From positions 1 to 32,239 of the IMG/VR virus record IMGVR_UViG_3300048861_000279: a DNA stretch of 32,239 bases; one strand, given 5' to 3'. Under the pieces are notes generated by a model, which saw nothing but the letters and a program-made list of their open reading frames with translations, was not told the DNA's origin and did no database searches. Of this stretch, positions 1 through 8,180 are shown piece after piece; within the stretch, counting starts at the first letter, position 1, and each line of letters begins with the position of its first letter. A program made the position numbers and the translations under genes. Source of the stretch: a virus (Duplodnaviria > Caudoviricetes).

Positions 1-738
1 TCAATCGACACCCCGCAGCCGCTTCCACGAGTCGATCGGCGTATCCATGGCCTTCCACCCCATGCCTTTGAGTTTGGATAATTCGTCTAGCACTACATCC
101 ACAGATACATCGTCAAGCTCGGAAAACGAGTCGATGACTAAGGAGTCTAGGTCCCAGCGTCCCGACGGGTAGCGGATCCATTTTCCCTGACCATGGAACC
201 GTAGAGTTCCACCGAGGTAATGTTGAGCCAACTCTTTCGCCCGCAGCTCGCCGCGGATTTGGCAGCGGACCTCTCGGCCCTCCGCGTCCCTAATCAAAAC
301 GGGAATAGTCTCGTCACGGCCACCAATCTTGATGACAATCCCGTCCACTGTCGTGTCCTGAGTCAGAGCATAGGACTCAACCTGCGGCGCCTTTCGGCCC
401 GGGAATTCAATGATTTTTCCAGTAGACGGCCGGCTAATTGCTCCTACCGCGTTGTCCTTGCGCAGCAATGCGTCAATGGCTTTGTAGGCCTTTTGAATGT
501 CCGGTTCCGGGCTAGCGCTTTTCGCGTTCTGAATACGCTCCACCACACGACCGACAGCCATATCTTCAATCGCAACTTGAAGGAGCGCACTTCCCTTTTT
601 GACCTTATCGAAGTGCACGCGATCTTTGCTTCCGTACAGTTCCGCTAGCTGCGCCAAATACTCGGCCAGCCGCGCCATAGGGAGCGTGTCCGGGGTAAAG
701 CTGTCTATGCGAAAGGTCAGAATTTCTCGGGTATTCAT
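1..738 (-). CDS. Accessory (moron-like) hypothetical protein, ~245 aa; possible toxin-antitoxin or defence component
   Basis: Long ORF, likely ATG at 738 (MNTREILTFRIDSFTPDTLPMARLAEYL); C-terminal half looks OB-fold-like (GIVIKIGGRDETIPV); lower GC than structural genes; candidate promoter upstream. Confidence 0.75.
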   Translation of the reverse strand: MNTREILTFRIDSFTPDTLPMARLAEYLAQLAELYGSKDRVHFDKVKKGSALLQVAIEDMAVGRVVERIQNAKSASPEPDIQKAYKAIDALLRKDNAVGAISRPSTGKIIEFPGRKAPQVESYALTQDTTVDGIVIKIGGRDETIPVLIRDAEGREVRCQIRGELRAKELAQHYLGGTLRFHGQGKWIRYPSGRWDLDSLVIDSFSELDDVSVDVVLDELSKLKGMGWKAMDTPIDSWKRLRGVD

Positions 739-759
739 AGCGTCACAAGTCCTGCAACG

Positions 760-787
760 ATTGTAGAGGATTGTGGCGCTCATACAA
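760..787 (-). promoter_or_regulatory. Candidate sigma70 promoter for the left-edge accessory gene
   Basis: Minus strand TTGTAT-16 nt-TACAAT, ending ~22 nt upstream of ATG 738. Confidence 0.4.
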
Positions 788-940
788 GCTCGCATGCAGG
801 CCCTGCTGGAGCGTCGTTTTTCAGGGCTGCTTGCGAGTGTCCCCTGGCATCCGACGAGATGATCGAGTTACATATGAGCGTAGGCAAAGTTCAACAATTC
901 GTACTTACGACGGCGAATTTAGTGCCTAAGATAGGATGCA

Positions 941-1150
941 TCAACGGGTCTTTTTTTCTCCTCGACCCGCTCGGATCTGATCAGCTATCCAGCCATCGAT
1001 CTCGGACTCTACCCAAACCGATAAGCGGCCGATTTTGATGCGTTTGGGAAAACGCCCGGTTCGCATGCGGACGTAAATTTCGTTTTTCCCGAAGCCAACG
1101 CGCTCGGACACCTTTTCGATGCGAAGCAAGCTTTCACCCGCGGCTGACAT
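941..1150 (-). CDS. alpA: AlpA-family DNA-binding protein / excisionase
   Basis: LLRIEKVSERVGFGKNEIYVRMRTGRFPKRIKIGRLSVWVESEIDGWI is a typical AlpA HTH pattern; last gene of the left early operon; start at the internal ATG 1150. Confidence 0.88.
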   Translation of the reverse strand: MSAAGESLLRIEKVSERVGFGKNEIYVRMRTGRFPKRIKIGRLSVWVESEIDGWIADQIRAGRGEKKTR

Positions 1151-1469
1151 CGCGGCCTCTATGCATGACGGTCGATTGAGCGCCGGCGGTAGCGAGCAGA
1201 TCACGACCGCGTGCGGCTGCTTCGGCCTGGCGGCTGGCTAGGCCCTCCGTAATCCTCACCATCGCCTCCAAGCCGGTGGCCATCGTGGCGCAGCGTTCGC
1301 GCATGTCCATCAGCGCGGCTGCGCCAGGGTTTGCGTCTCGAGCCGCGTGCAACTGCCGGCGAGCTTCCGTCAGTTGCACGAACATCTCATCATGCTGCCT
1401 GGTGATCTGCGCTCGTTGCCTTTGGCTCGCGCGCAGCTTGTGCTGCAGGTCGTATTCGCGGGGCGTCAT
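1134..1469 (-). CDS. Hypothetical coiled-coil phage protein
   Basis: ATGA overlap with upstream gene; helical heptad-like sequence. Confidence 0.7.
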   Translation of the reverse strand: MTPREYDLQHKLRASQRQRAQITRQHDEMFVQLTEARRQLHAARDANPGAAALMDMRERCATMATGLEAMVRITEGLASRQAEAAARGRDLLATAGAQSTVMHRGRDVSRG

Positions 1470-1966
1470 TTGATCCCCTTATCACTTAGGAAGTAGCTCG
1501 CAAGAACCGGACGCCGCTGCTGCAGTTCGTAGCCTAGCTCTACGAGCTGTTTTGTAGACGTGCGGAGCGACGAAGATAGTTCTCGGAATGCCATCCATTC
1601 GGCGCGCGCACCACCGACGTCATGGCCTTCACTTTCTAGCTGATCGAGTAGGGCTCCCATTGGCGAGATGAACTTCTCATCGGTCAGCATCCCCAGGTCC
1701 AGGCAAGGCTGCTGCCACACGCCATTCCCACCAAGGCAGAAATAGGCCTGCAGAAGCATGCTCGCCGGATATGCAAATTTTCCCTTGCGCCTTTTGGGCG
1801 GTGGCACGGGACGAATTTTTGCCGGAGCGTGAGCATTTTGTTCATCGATGTAGCGGTCCAAGCGGGCACGCCACACACTGGGCACGGACGCCGGCAGTCG
1901 ACCGCGCCGCTTTGCCTGTACGACAGGCGCACCATTCGCGCTCGGTAGATAGGTGACGTTGCTCAT
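1466..1966 (-). CDS. Hypothetical phage early protein
   Basis: ATGA-coupled on both sides within the left operon. Confidence 0.72.
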   Translation of the reverse strand: MSNVTYLPSANGAPVVQAKRRGRLPASVPSVWRARLDRYIDEQNAHAPAKIRPVPPPKRRKGKFAYPASMLLQAYFCLGGNGVWQQPCLDLGMLTDEKFISPMGALLDQLESEGHDVGGARAEWMAFRELSSSLRTSTKQLVELGYELQQRRPVLASYFLSDKGIK

Positions 1967-2409
1967 CGCGATGTTCCCCGTTCAATTGCCGTCATCGCAT
2001 CATCGGCGGCTTCAAGCGCGCGTCCGCATACAGATTTGCAGGATGCAATGAGGCCAGCCACGTTGCCGCTGTCGTTCTGCGCTTCGAGGCTTTCGATGAT
2101 GGCCAGGGTTTGCCATAGCCCTTCGCGCGCAGCGGCAAGGCCGGTGCAAGGGACGGGGAGGGCGACAAGCGCAGGCTCGGTGAATTCGCCGCCTTCGGCT
2201 AGGTCTGCCCACATTTGTGTTTCTTCCGCGGCTTCTCCTGCAATGCGCGTACCGATCTCGGAAAGTGACAAGGTGTCGATCTGCTGCTGGTCTTTCCCGG
2301 TGGCAATGGCATATTCGATCGCGTTGAAGATCGCGCCGATGTGTCGCAGGGTTTGTGCGGCGCCACCGAATTTTTCGGCGGCTCGGGTGGCCGTAGATAC
2401 GTTGCTCAT
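1963..2409 (-). CDS. Hypothetical phage early protein
   Basis: ATGA-coupled; GGAG SD upstream. Confidence 0.72.
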   Translation of the reverse strand: MSNVSTATRAAEKFGGAAQTLRHIGAIFNAIEYAIATGKDQQQIDTLSLSEIGTRIAGEAAEETQMWADLAEGGEFTEPALVALPVPCTGLAAAREGLWQTLAIIESLEAQNDSGNVAGLIASCKSVCGRALEAADDAMTAIERGTSR

Positions 2410-2621
2410 CGCTGCGCTCCTTCGGCCAGATCGGCGATTTCGCCGGCAAGCACCATCGATTGGTACTTCAGGGCGTCTTGCAGTGTTTCGGCCATGTAGC
2501 CGAAATCGCTGATCTTGCCCTGGCGCGACATGAGATAAAGCACGGCCTCAAGGGCTCGCGCTTTCATGCCGATGTTGCAGAGGGTGTCGGCCTGCACCGT
2601 TTCCATTTTGCTGGCCATCAT
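2406..2621 (-). CDS. Small hypothetical phage protein
   Basis: ATGA-coupled chain of ORFs. Confidence 0.65.
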   Translation of the reverse strand: MMASKMETVQADTLCNIGMKARALEAVLYLMSRQGKISDFGYMAETLQDALKYQSMVLAGEIADLAEGAQR

Positions 2622-2977
2622 GCAGCCCCTTGCAGCATCGGCAGGGCGGCACGTGCGACCGCTACCGCGTGGGATATTTCGATGCCGTCAGCGACCAAAC
2701 TGCCCGCCGCAGCGGCCACCAATACACCGGACGCGATGCGCATTTGGCTGTATTCATCGAATTCGGCCAGCAAGCGGAGGGCGTCCACAAGTGGCACGTC
2801 CAAGAAATGGCCGGAGCGGTAGGTGATGGTGATCGTGGCCAGTGCTGACGTGCCGAGATTGTCGCTGCGGCAGCGGAGCATGAACCCACTGGATGCATTT
2901 ACATCTTGTGGGAAGCGTGATAAATTTTCAGGCGTAGAAATCCCACCCAACTTGCGTTGGGATAATTGCTTGGGCAT
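2618..2977 (-). CDS. First gene of the left early operon, hypothetical (~119 aa)
   Basis: GGAG SD upstream of ATG 2977 (MPKQLSQRK); stop overlaps the next start. Confidence 0.6.
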   Translation of the reverse strand: MPKQLSQRKLGGISTPENLSRFPQDVNASSGFMLRCRSDNLGTSALATITITYRSGHFLDVPLVDALRLLAEFDEYSQMRIASGVLVAAAAGSLVADGIEISHAVAVARAALPMLQGAA

Positions 2978-3028
2978 GGTCATCTCCATGTGCCAGGTAA
3001 ATGGCAGCGGCCTCAACCGCTGTTCTCA

Positions 3029-3060
3029 TAAGCCTCATCAGTTCGAGCTGATGAGGCTTA
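3029..3060. repeat. Perfect 13-bp inverted repeat in the PL leader
   Basis: TAAGCCTCATCAG-ttcgag-CTGATGAGGCTTA. Confidence 0.9.
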
Positions 3061-3076
3061 ATCTTTTGACACAGCA

Positions 3077-3105
3077 ATTATCAGCAAGCTACTTATTCGA
3101 TGCAA
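3077..3105 (-). promoter_or_regulatory. PL-like leftward early promoter
   Basis: Minus strand TTGCAT-17 nt-GATAAT (same -10 hexamer as lambda PR), located between cI 3' end and the left operon. Confidence 0.7.
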
Positions 3106-3161
3106 GTATTTTACTAATAATTCGGATGGAATTTTGGCTATTGCTTCGACTGTATTGATAG

Positions 3162-4109
3162 TTAGAGCGCGCCAGCGCGGTACACGATCTGCCCAATAAT
3201 TCGGAAGCTTTCCGCAGTCAATGAGACGGACCTGCTCGGCGTCTGATTGTTGTGGGAGTGTAGGGTGAGCTGTCCGCCGCTCTCCTTGAAAACTTGTTTC
3301 ACCAAGACCTCGTCTTCAAAGCAGACGGCGAATATTCGGCCATCCAGAGGCATGACTTGAGCCACGTCTATCAACAAAAGATCGCCGTCGGAAATTAGTG
3401 GAGACATGTCCTCGCCGCGGTAGCTGACTAGCCGACAATCGTGAGGGCTCGATCCTAACGACTGGAAGAGATTCGATGCGAAGGACATTGCTTCATTTTC
3501 CAGCGGATGCCAGATGACTTCCTTAGAGTCTCGGTCATATGCCATCAAAAGCCGGTCGAACGTGAATCTGCGCGTGAGATTGGTCGAGCGCACCCCAGTA
3601 AGAGATCTTTCCTGCCGAGGCTGCGGCGCCTTTTGGGCGGAGACCGCCTGCATCGCGCCCCCAGTGTCAAACCAATGGGGGGGCAGGTTGAGAGCGTGCT
3701 CTATTTTTTCGACTAGATCGTCCGGGAGCCTCAGATCTTCAGTCATGCCGCCGGAAAGTAGTTGATATACCTTTTTCTTTGGCAGACCGGCTGCATCGGC
3801 AAATTCATCTGGCGAATTTCCAAACCGATCTCGGATCAGATCCTTTAGTCTGCGCGCCCGGAACGCATATCGTTTCAAGGCGGCTGCGAGGTCCGGGCCG
3901 CCCTGATCCAGCTCCTGGTCACCTTCGAACAGCCAGGCCGGTGACACCTCCAGCGCCTGCGCCAAGGGGAGTAGTAATTTTGTTCGCGTGTAGGCTCCCC
4001 GCTCGAGCGCAGCGATCAGACTTTGGCTCGAACCTATCATTTCGGCCAACTGCGCTTGTGAAAGCCCCACTGCCAAACGACGCTCGCGGAGCCGATCGCT
4101 AAGTGCCAT
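3162..4109 (-). CDS. cI: CI-like phage repressor: XRE HTH, second HTH-like domain, S24-like C-terminal domain
   Basis: N-terminal LSDRLRERRLAVGLSQAQLAEMIGSSQSLIAALERG; C-terminal GEDMSPLISDGDLLLID...VLVKQV...LHSHN...FRIIGQIV; divergent from cro; GGAGAG SD. Confidence 0.92.
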   Translation of the reverse strand: MALSDRLRERRLAVGLSQAQLAEMIGSSQSLIAALERGAYTRTKLLLPLAQALEVSPAWLFEGDQELDQGGPDLAAALKRYAFRARRLKDLIRDRFGNSPDEFADAAGLPKKKVYQLLSGGMTEDLRLPDDLVEKIEHALNLPPHWFDTGGAMQAVSAQKAPQPRQERSLTGVRSTNLTRRFTFDRLLMAYDRDSKEVIWHPLENEAMSFASNLFQSLGSSPHDCRLVSYRGEDMSPLISDGDLLLIDVAQVMPLDGRIFAVCFEDEVLVKQVFKESGGQLTLHSHNNQTPSRSVSLTAESFRIIGQIVYRAGAL

Positions 4110-4158
4110 TCATTCTCTCCTAGAAGTTTCCTGATATTAGCCTAATTGCGCCCGACCA

Positions 4159-4190
4159 TTGACAAGCGAAAATAGTAGATAGATACTATT
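4159..4190 (+). promoter_or_regulatory. PR-like promoter with overlapping palindromic operator
   Basis: TTGACA (4159-4164)-17 nt-GATACT (4182-4187), the same hexamers as lambda PL; inverted repeat AATAGTA-N6-TACTATT at 4171-4190. Confidence 0.8.
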
Positions 4191-4194
4191 CTGC

Positions 4195-4428
4195 ATGAAC
4201 TGGTCTCGAATTATTAGCCAACTGATGGATTGCGGCGTTCCGCAGGTAGTCATTGCTGCCCATTTGGATGTGAGCCAAGCCACTGTTAGCCAAATCTTGC
4301 GTTCCGAGGGAACGCGGAAGGTCGACTACGAAAAGGCTGTCAAGTTGCTCGATCTGCATCGACAGTGCCTTCAGTCACGAAACTCTTTATCCGAGTCGGA
4401 AAAGACATCAGGAGCGGTTTATGACTAA
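4195..4428 (+). CDS. cro: Cro-like HTH protein
   Basis: 77 aa with HTH-like segment PQVVIAAHLDVSQATVSQIL; divergent from cI. Confidence 0.8.
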   Translation: MNWSRIISQLMDCGVPQVVIAAHLDVSQATVSQILRSEGTRKVDYEKAVKLLDLHRQCLQSRNSLSESEKTSGAVYD

Positions 4429-4666
4429 CGCTCCAAGCGTGGCTCGGAACGGCGCCCGGCTAGCTCAATCCGATGGTGAGCAATCCGTCGCAGCAACGTA
4501 TCGGGGTGGATTTTGCACTGAGCTTTTGACGATCGCCCGCGGCCTACGGATGACTGCAGCGCGCACGTCCCTCAAGCGTTTTCTCATGGCCTTATACCGT
4601 CAGGGCCTAGTGCCCGCCTGGGCCGTGCGCGCGGCTTTCTTCCTCTTCCGCCTGCGCTCGCTATGA
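4421..4666 (+). CDS. Hypothetical phage protein
   Basis: AGGAG SD; stop overlaps the next ATG. Confidence 0.6.
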   Translation: MTNAPSVARNGARLAQSDGEQSVAATYRGGFCTELLTIARGLRMTAARTSLKRFLMALYRQGLVPAWAVRAAFFLFRLRSL

Positions 4667-5562
4667 AATGTGATCTTCACCCCCTTTGTACCCTGTTCCC
4701 GCGCATGGGCGGCCCAGAATTCGAAGCGCTCAAAGCCGACATCGCCGCCAACGGCTTGCGCCAGCGCATCGTGCTGCACAACGATCTGATCCTCGATGGT
4801 GGCAATCGGTACCGGGCCTGCGTGGAAGTCGGCGTCAAGCCACAATTCAAGAAGTTCGACGGCGACAACATTGTCGCGTTCGTGCTGTCGGCCAATCTTC
4901 ATCGCCGCCACATGAGCGCCGGCCAGCAGGCCGCGCTTGTGGCCAGCGCGCAGGATTGGGATAAAACGCACCGGCAAGGGGGCGACGGCAGCAACCAGCA
5001 TGGGGCGAAAGAGCAAACCGGCAAAATTGCCGCTTTGCAGACCGTCGCGGATCGCGCAGCCCAGTCTGGCGCCAGCGAGCGCACGCAGCGCATGGCTGAC
5101 AAGGTGGCGCGCGCCGATCCTGACCTGGCCAAGCGGGTCGCACAGGGCGATGTCAGCTTGTCCAAGGCGGTGGAACAGATCACGCCGCCCAAGCCGGTGG
5201 ACACCGGCGTCGTGCGAAATGCGACGCCCGAGCAAGCCCGCGCCATGTCCGAGCCGGCCCCAAGCGATGGCATGGAAGACCCGGTCGAATTGCTGGAACA
5301 GGCCTACATCGACATCGCCAAGCTCGAGGCCCAGCTTGAAGCGCTCACACAAGACGACATGCCCGCCGAGCTGCGCAAGGCGATAAGCACGCGCCAGGGC
5401 ATCGAGGCGCGGCTGGCGCTGGAAATGACCAAGTCCAACGATCTGGATAAGAGCCTGCGCCAGTTCGGCAAGCTGACTTCGGATCTTCGGGAATTTCTCG
5501 GCGTCGAGTCGAACAGCAAAATCCTCTCCGCCGTGAAGGCGCTGCGCAAGGAAGCCCCGTAA
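4663..5562 (+). CDS. ParB/Srx-like N-terminal domain protein with HTH-like middle and coiled-coil C-terminus
   Basis: LKADIAANGLRQRIV...ILDGGNRYRAC...SANLHRRHMSAGQ matches the ParB N-domain pattern. Confidence 0.8.
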   Translation: MKCDLHPLCTLFPRMGGPEFEALKADIAANGLRQRIVLHNDLILDGGNRYRACVEVGVKPQFKKFDGDNIVAFVLSANLHRRHMSAGQQAALVASAQDWDKTHRQGGDGSNQHGAKEQTGKIAALQTVADRAAQSGASERTQRMADKVARADPDLAKRVAQGDVSLSKAVEQITPPKPVDTGVVRNATPEQARAMSEPAPSDGMEDPVELLEQAYIDIAKLEAQLEALTQDDMPAELRKAISTRQGIEARLALEMTKSNDLDKSLRQFGKLTSDLREFLGVESNSKILSAVKALRKEAP

Positions 5563-7071
5563 ATGGATCTCCGCCCCTATCAGCTTGACGCACTGGAACA
5601 GGTGCGCGAACACATCCGAAACGGTAAGAAAAATATCCTGCTGTGCGCCCCCACTGGATCCGGCAAGACGTTGATGAGCGGCCATATGGTCGCCGAATCG
5701 GACCGCAAGGGAAAGCGCAGCGCTTTCGTGGTCGATCGCGTCAACCTGGTGGATCAGACGAGCGAGACATTTCAGGGCCTGGGCATTGATCACGGCATCA
5801 TGCAGGCCGATCACTGGCGTTTCCGGCCAGGCCGCAACGCGCAGATCTGTTCGGCGCAGACATTGGCCCGGCGCCGGTGGCCCGATACGGATCTAATCGT
5901 GGTGGACGAGTGTCACACCGTCAGCGCGGTGGTGAAGAAGCGCATTGAGCCGCGCGACACCATCGCGATAGGCCTCACCGCAACGCCATTCACGCGCGGC
6001 CTGGGCAAGCTCTATGACGCACTGGTCAACGTCACCACGACCAACAGGCTGATCGAGCAGGGCTTCCTGTCCAAGTACCGCATCTTTGCTGCCTCCGAGC
6101 CTGACATGAAGGGCGTGCGAGTGGTGGCAGGCGAATGGGAAGAGAAGGAAGCGAGCAAGCGGGCGATGGAGGTGGTCGGCGACTGCGTGGCCGAATACCT
6201 CAAGCACGGCAACGGCAAGAAATTCATTTGCTCAGCGGTGGATGTGTCGCACGTCGAAGAGCTGGCGCGCCAGTTCATGGCGGCGGGCGTGATGGTGGCG
6301 GCCTATACCTACCGGGTGAAGGACGACGAGCGCTCGGACATCGTCAAAGAATTCCGCAAGCCAGACAGCTACATCCGGGGGCTGATCACTGTCACCGCCG
6401 CGTCCAAGGGTTTCGACGTGCCGGACATCGGCGTCGTCATCATGGCGCGGCCGCTGCGCAAGTCCCTGGCGGAACACATCCAATTCTTCGGCCGCGGCCT
6501 GCGCATCCATCCTGATAAGGACGGCCTCATCGTGCTGGACCACTCTGGCAACAGCGCGCGGTTCTGGAACGCCTGGAACGAGTTTTTCGAGCTCGGCGTC
6601 ACCGAGCTGGACGACGGCGAGAAAAAGCCGAAGCCCAAGGGCGAGAACGCCAAGCCCGAGGACAAGATGGTGAAGTGCGGCAGTTGCCAGCACTTGCACA
6701 AGGCCATGCCGTTCTGTCCGCATTGTGGTCACGAATACCCGAGGCGGGAAGCAGTGAAGCACGTCGCCGGCACGTTGGCAGAGATGGTGGCCGGGGGCGA
6801 GAAGAAGGCCCTGAGCGCAAAGCTCTGGCCGCAGATCGTCGGCTATTCGGTGGACAAACGGGGGCGCACTGAGCACGGCCGCAACCAGGCCCTGGCCCTC
6901 TATCGGAAGATCACCGGCGACTGGCCTATTGGCGATTTCTTCACCACGACCCCGGCGCCTCTTACCCCCGAGGTGGTGGGCAAGATTCGGTCCCTGAACA
7001 TCGCATACCAGAGGGGGCGTCAAGCCGCCGAAGCCGCCGCCGCTGCTTCGACAGTGGAAGCGCGCGCATGA
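5563..7071 (+). CDS. SF2 DEAD/DEAH-box helicase with C-terminal Zn finger
   Basis: LRPYQ Q-motif, Walker A APTGSGKT, DECH, GLTATP, KGFDVPD, QFFGRGLR, CxxC...CxxC. Confidence 0.93.
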   Translation: MDLRPYQLDALEQVREHIRNGKKNILLCAPTGSGKTLMSGHMVAESDRKGKRSAFVVDRVNLVDQTSETFQGLGIDHGIMQADHWRFRPGRNAQICSAQTLARRRWPDTDLIVVDECHTVSAVVKKRIEPRDTIAIGLTATPFTRGLGKLYDALVNVTTTNRLIEQGFLSKYRIFAASEPDMKGVRVVAGEWEEKEASKRAMEVVGDCVAEYLKHGNGKKFICSAVDVSHVEELARQFMAAGVMVAAYTYRVKDDERSDIVKEFRKPDSYIRGLITVTAASKGFDVPDIGVVIMARPLRKSLAEHIQFFGRGLRIHPDKDGLIVLDHSGNSARFWNAWNEFFELGVTELDDGEKKPKPKGENAKPEDKMVKCGSCQHLHKAMPFCPHCGHEYPRREAVKHVAGTLAEMVAGGEKKALSAKLWPQIVGYSVDKRGRTEHGRNQALALYRKITGDWPIGDFFTTTPAPLTPEVVGKIRSLNIAYQRGRQAAEAAAAASTVEARA

Positions 7072-7964
7072 CGATGAGCTTTCACCAATTTGCGGAGGCC
7101 CACGGCCTCATCATCACGACGATGATGGAAGGGCGGTGGATCCGCACGCGCACCGCTGACAAGCCGAAGCACCGCAACGGCGCGTACAAATATCTAGGTG
7201 ACGTTGGGTTCGTGCAGAACCACGCGACGATGACGGAGGTGGCCACCTGGCGCTCCGACAAGCCGCCGACCGAGGCCCAGCGACGATTCTCCGATGCCCA
7301 GGCGCGCGCGCTGCGCGAACGCGAGGCGAAGAAGCGTATCACCGCGATCCGCCAGATGCGCGAGTATTGGGACCGTCTCCCGGCGTTTCGCGGCGAGCAC
7401 CCCTATCTGGTCCGCAAGGGCCTGTCGATGATGGGCTGCAAAGACCTGCGTATCGACGGTGACCTGCTGGCGATTCCGCTGTGCAGCGGGCCCTCGCTCA
7501 TGAGCCTTCAAACAATTGACCCGGACGGCGCCAAGCGGTATCGCTACGGCTGCCCGATCAAAGGCAATTCGCTCCTTCTCGCGCGCCCCCGATCGGTGGT
7601 CACCTGCCTGGTCGAAGGCTTCGCCACCGGCCTGGCCATCTATCAATCCCTGCCGCAGGCATCGGTAATCGTCTGCTTCGACGCCGGCAACATGGTCAAC
7701 GTGGCCGAAAAGTTGAAGGTTCGCGGGATGGTGGTGGTCTGCGCCGATAACGATTGGCAAACCCAGAACAAGATTGGCGTGAATACGGGCCTGGAGAAGG
7801 GCCGTAGCGCCGCCGCAGCCATCGGGTGCGGTATGGCCTACCCGGAAGGAATTTTCGGCTCTGACTGGGCCGACGCGCTGGCCGAATGGAAAGAAGCAGG
7901 GCCCGGCCGTTTGCGCGTGGAAATCATGCGGCACGCCAAGCCCGTTTCTATCGGCGCGCGGTGA
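7068..7964 (+). CDS. TOPRIM-domain DNA primase
   Basis: HPYLVRKG, SLQTI, VEGFATG, CFDAGN, CADND, SDWAD motifs. Confidence 0.88.
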   Translation: MTMSFHQFAEAHGLIITTMMEGRWIRTRTADKPKHRNGAYKYLGDVGFVQNHATMTEVATWRSDKPPTEAQRRFSDAQARALREREAKKRITAIRQMREYWDRLPAFRGEHPYLVRKGLSMMGCKDLRIDGDLLAIPLCSGPSLMSLQTIDPDGAKRYRYGCPIKGNSLLLARPRSVVTCLVEGFATGLAIYQSLPQASVIVCFDAGNMVNVAEKLKVRGMVVVCADNDWQTQNKIGVNTGLEKGRSAAAAIGCGMAYPEGIFGSDWADALAEWKEAGPGRLRVEIMRHAKPVSIGAR

Positions 7965-8161
7965 TGGGCGGGCATATGGAATATCTCGTACATCCACGCA
8001 AGCCGAGCCGCAAGGCGCACATCTGGGGCGCTACGGACACGCTTTGCCATGCCTACGCGAACGGCGTTATCAGCCGCAGCAGCAGCTTTGCAGTCGTTCC
8101 GAACTCCGGCTCGGCGCCTGTCTGCCGGCACTGCCGAGGCATTTCTATGAAGCCCAAATAG
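7964..8161 (+). CDS. Small Cys/His-containing hypothetical protein
   Basis: TGATG coupling to primase; AH...LC...CRHC pattern. Confidence 0.55.
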   Translation: MGGHMEYLVHPRKPSRKAHIWGATDTLCHAYANGVISRSSSFAVVPNSGSAPVCRHCRGISMKPK

Positions 8162-8180
8162 ACGGATCGAAGTTATTGCA

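Noticed and set aside
796-940. Possible att site or integrase remnant after alpA
   Set aside because: No tRNA 3' end, repeat partner or integrase-like reading frame could be identified within the window
3150-3165. LexA-box-like CTGTATTGATAGTTAG near PL
   Set aside because: Right half is TAG rather than the near-invariant CAG and it overlaps the cI stop codon; too weak to call
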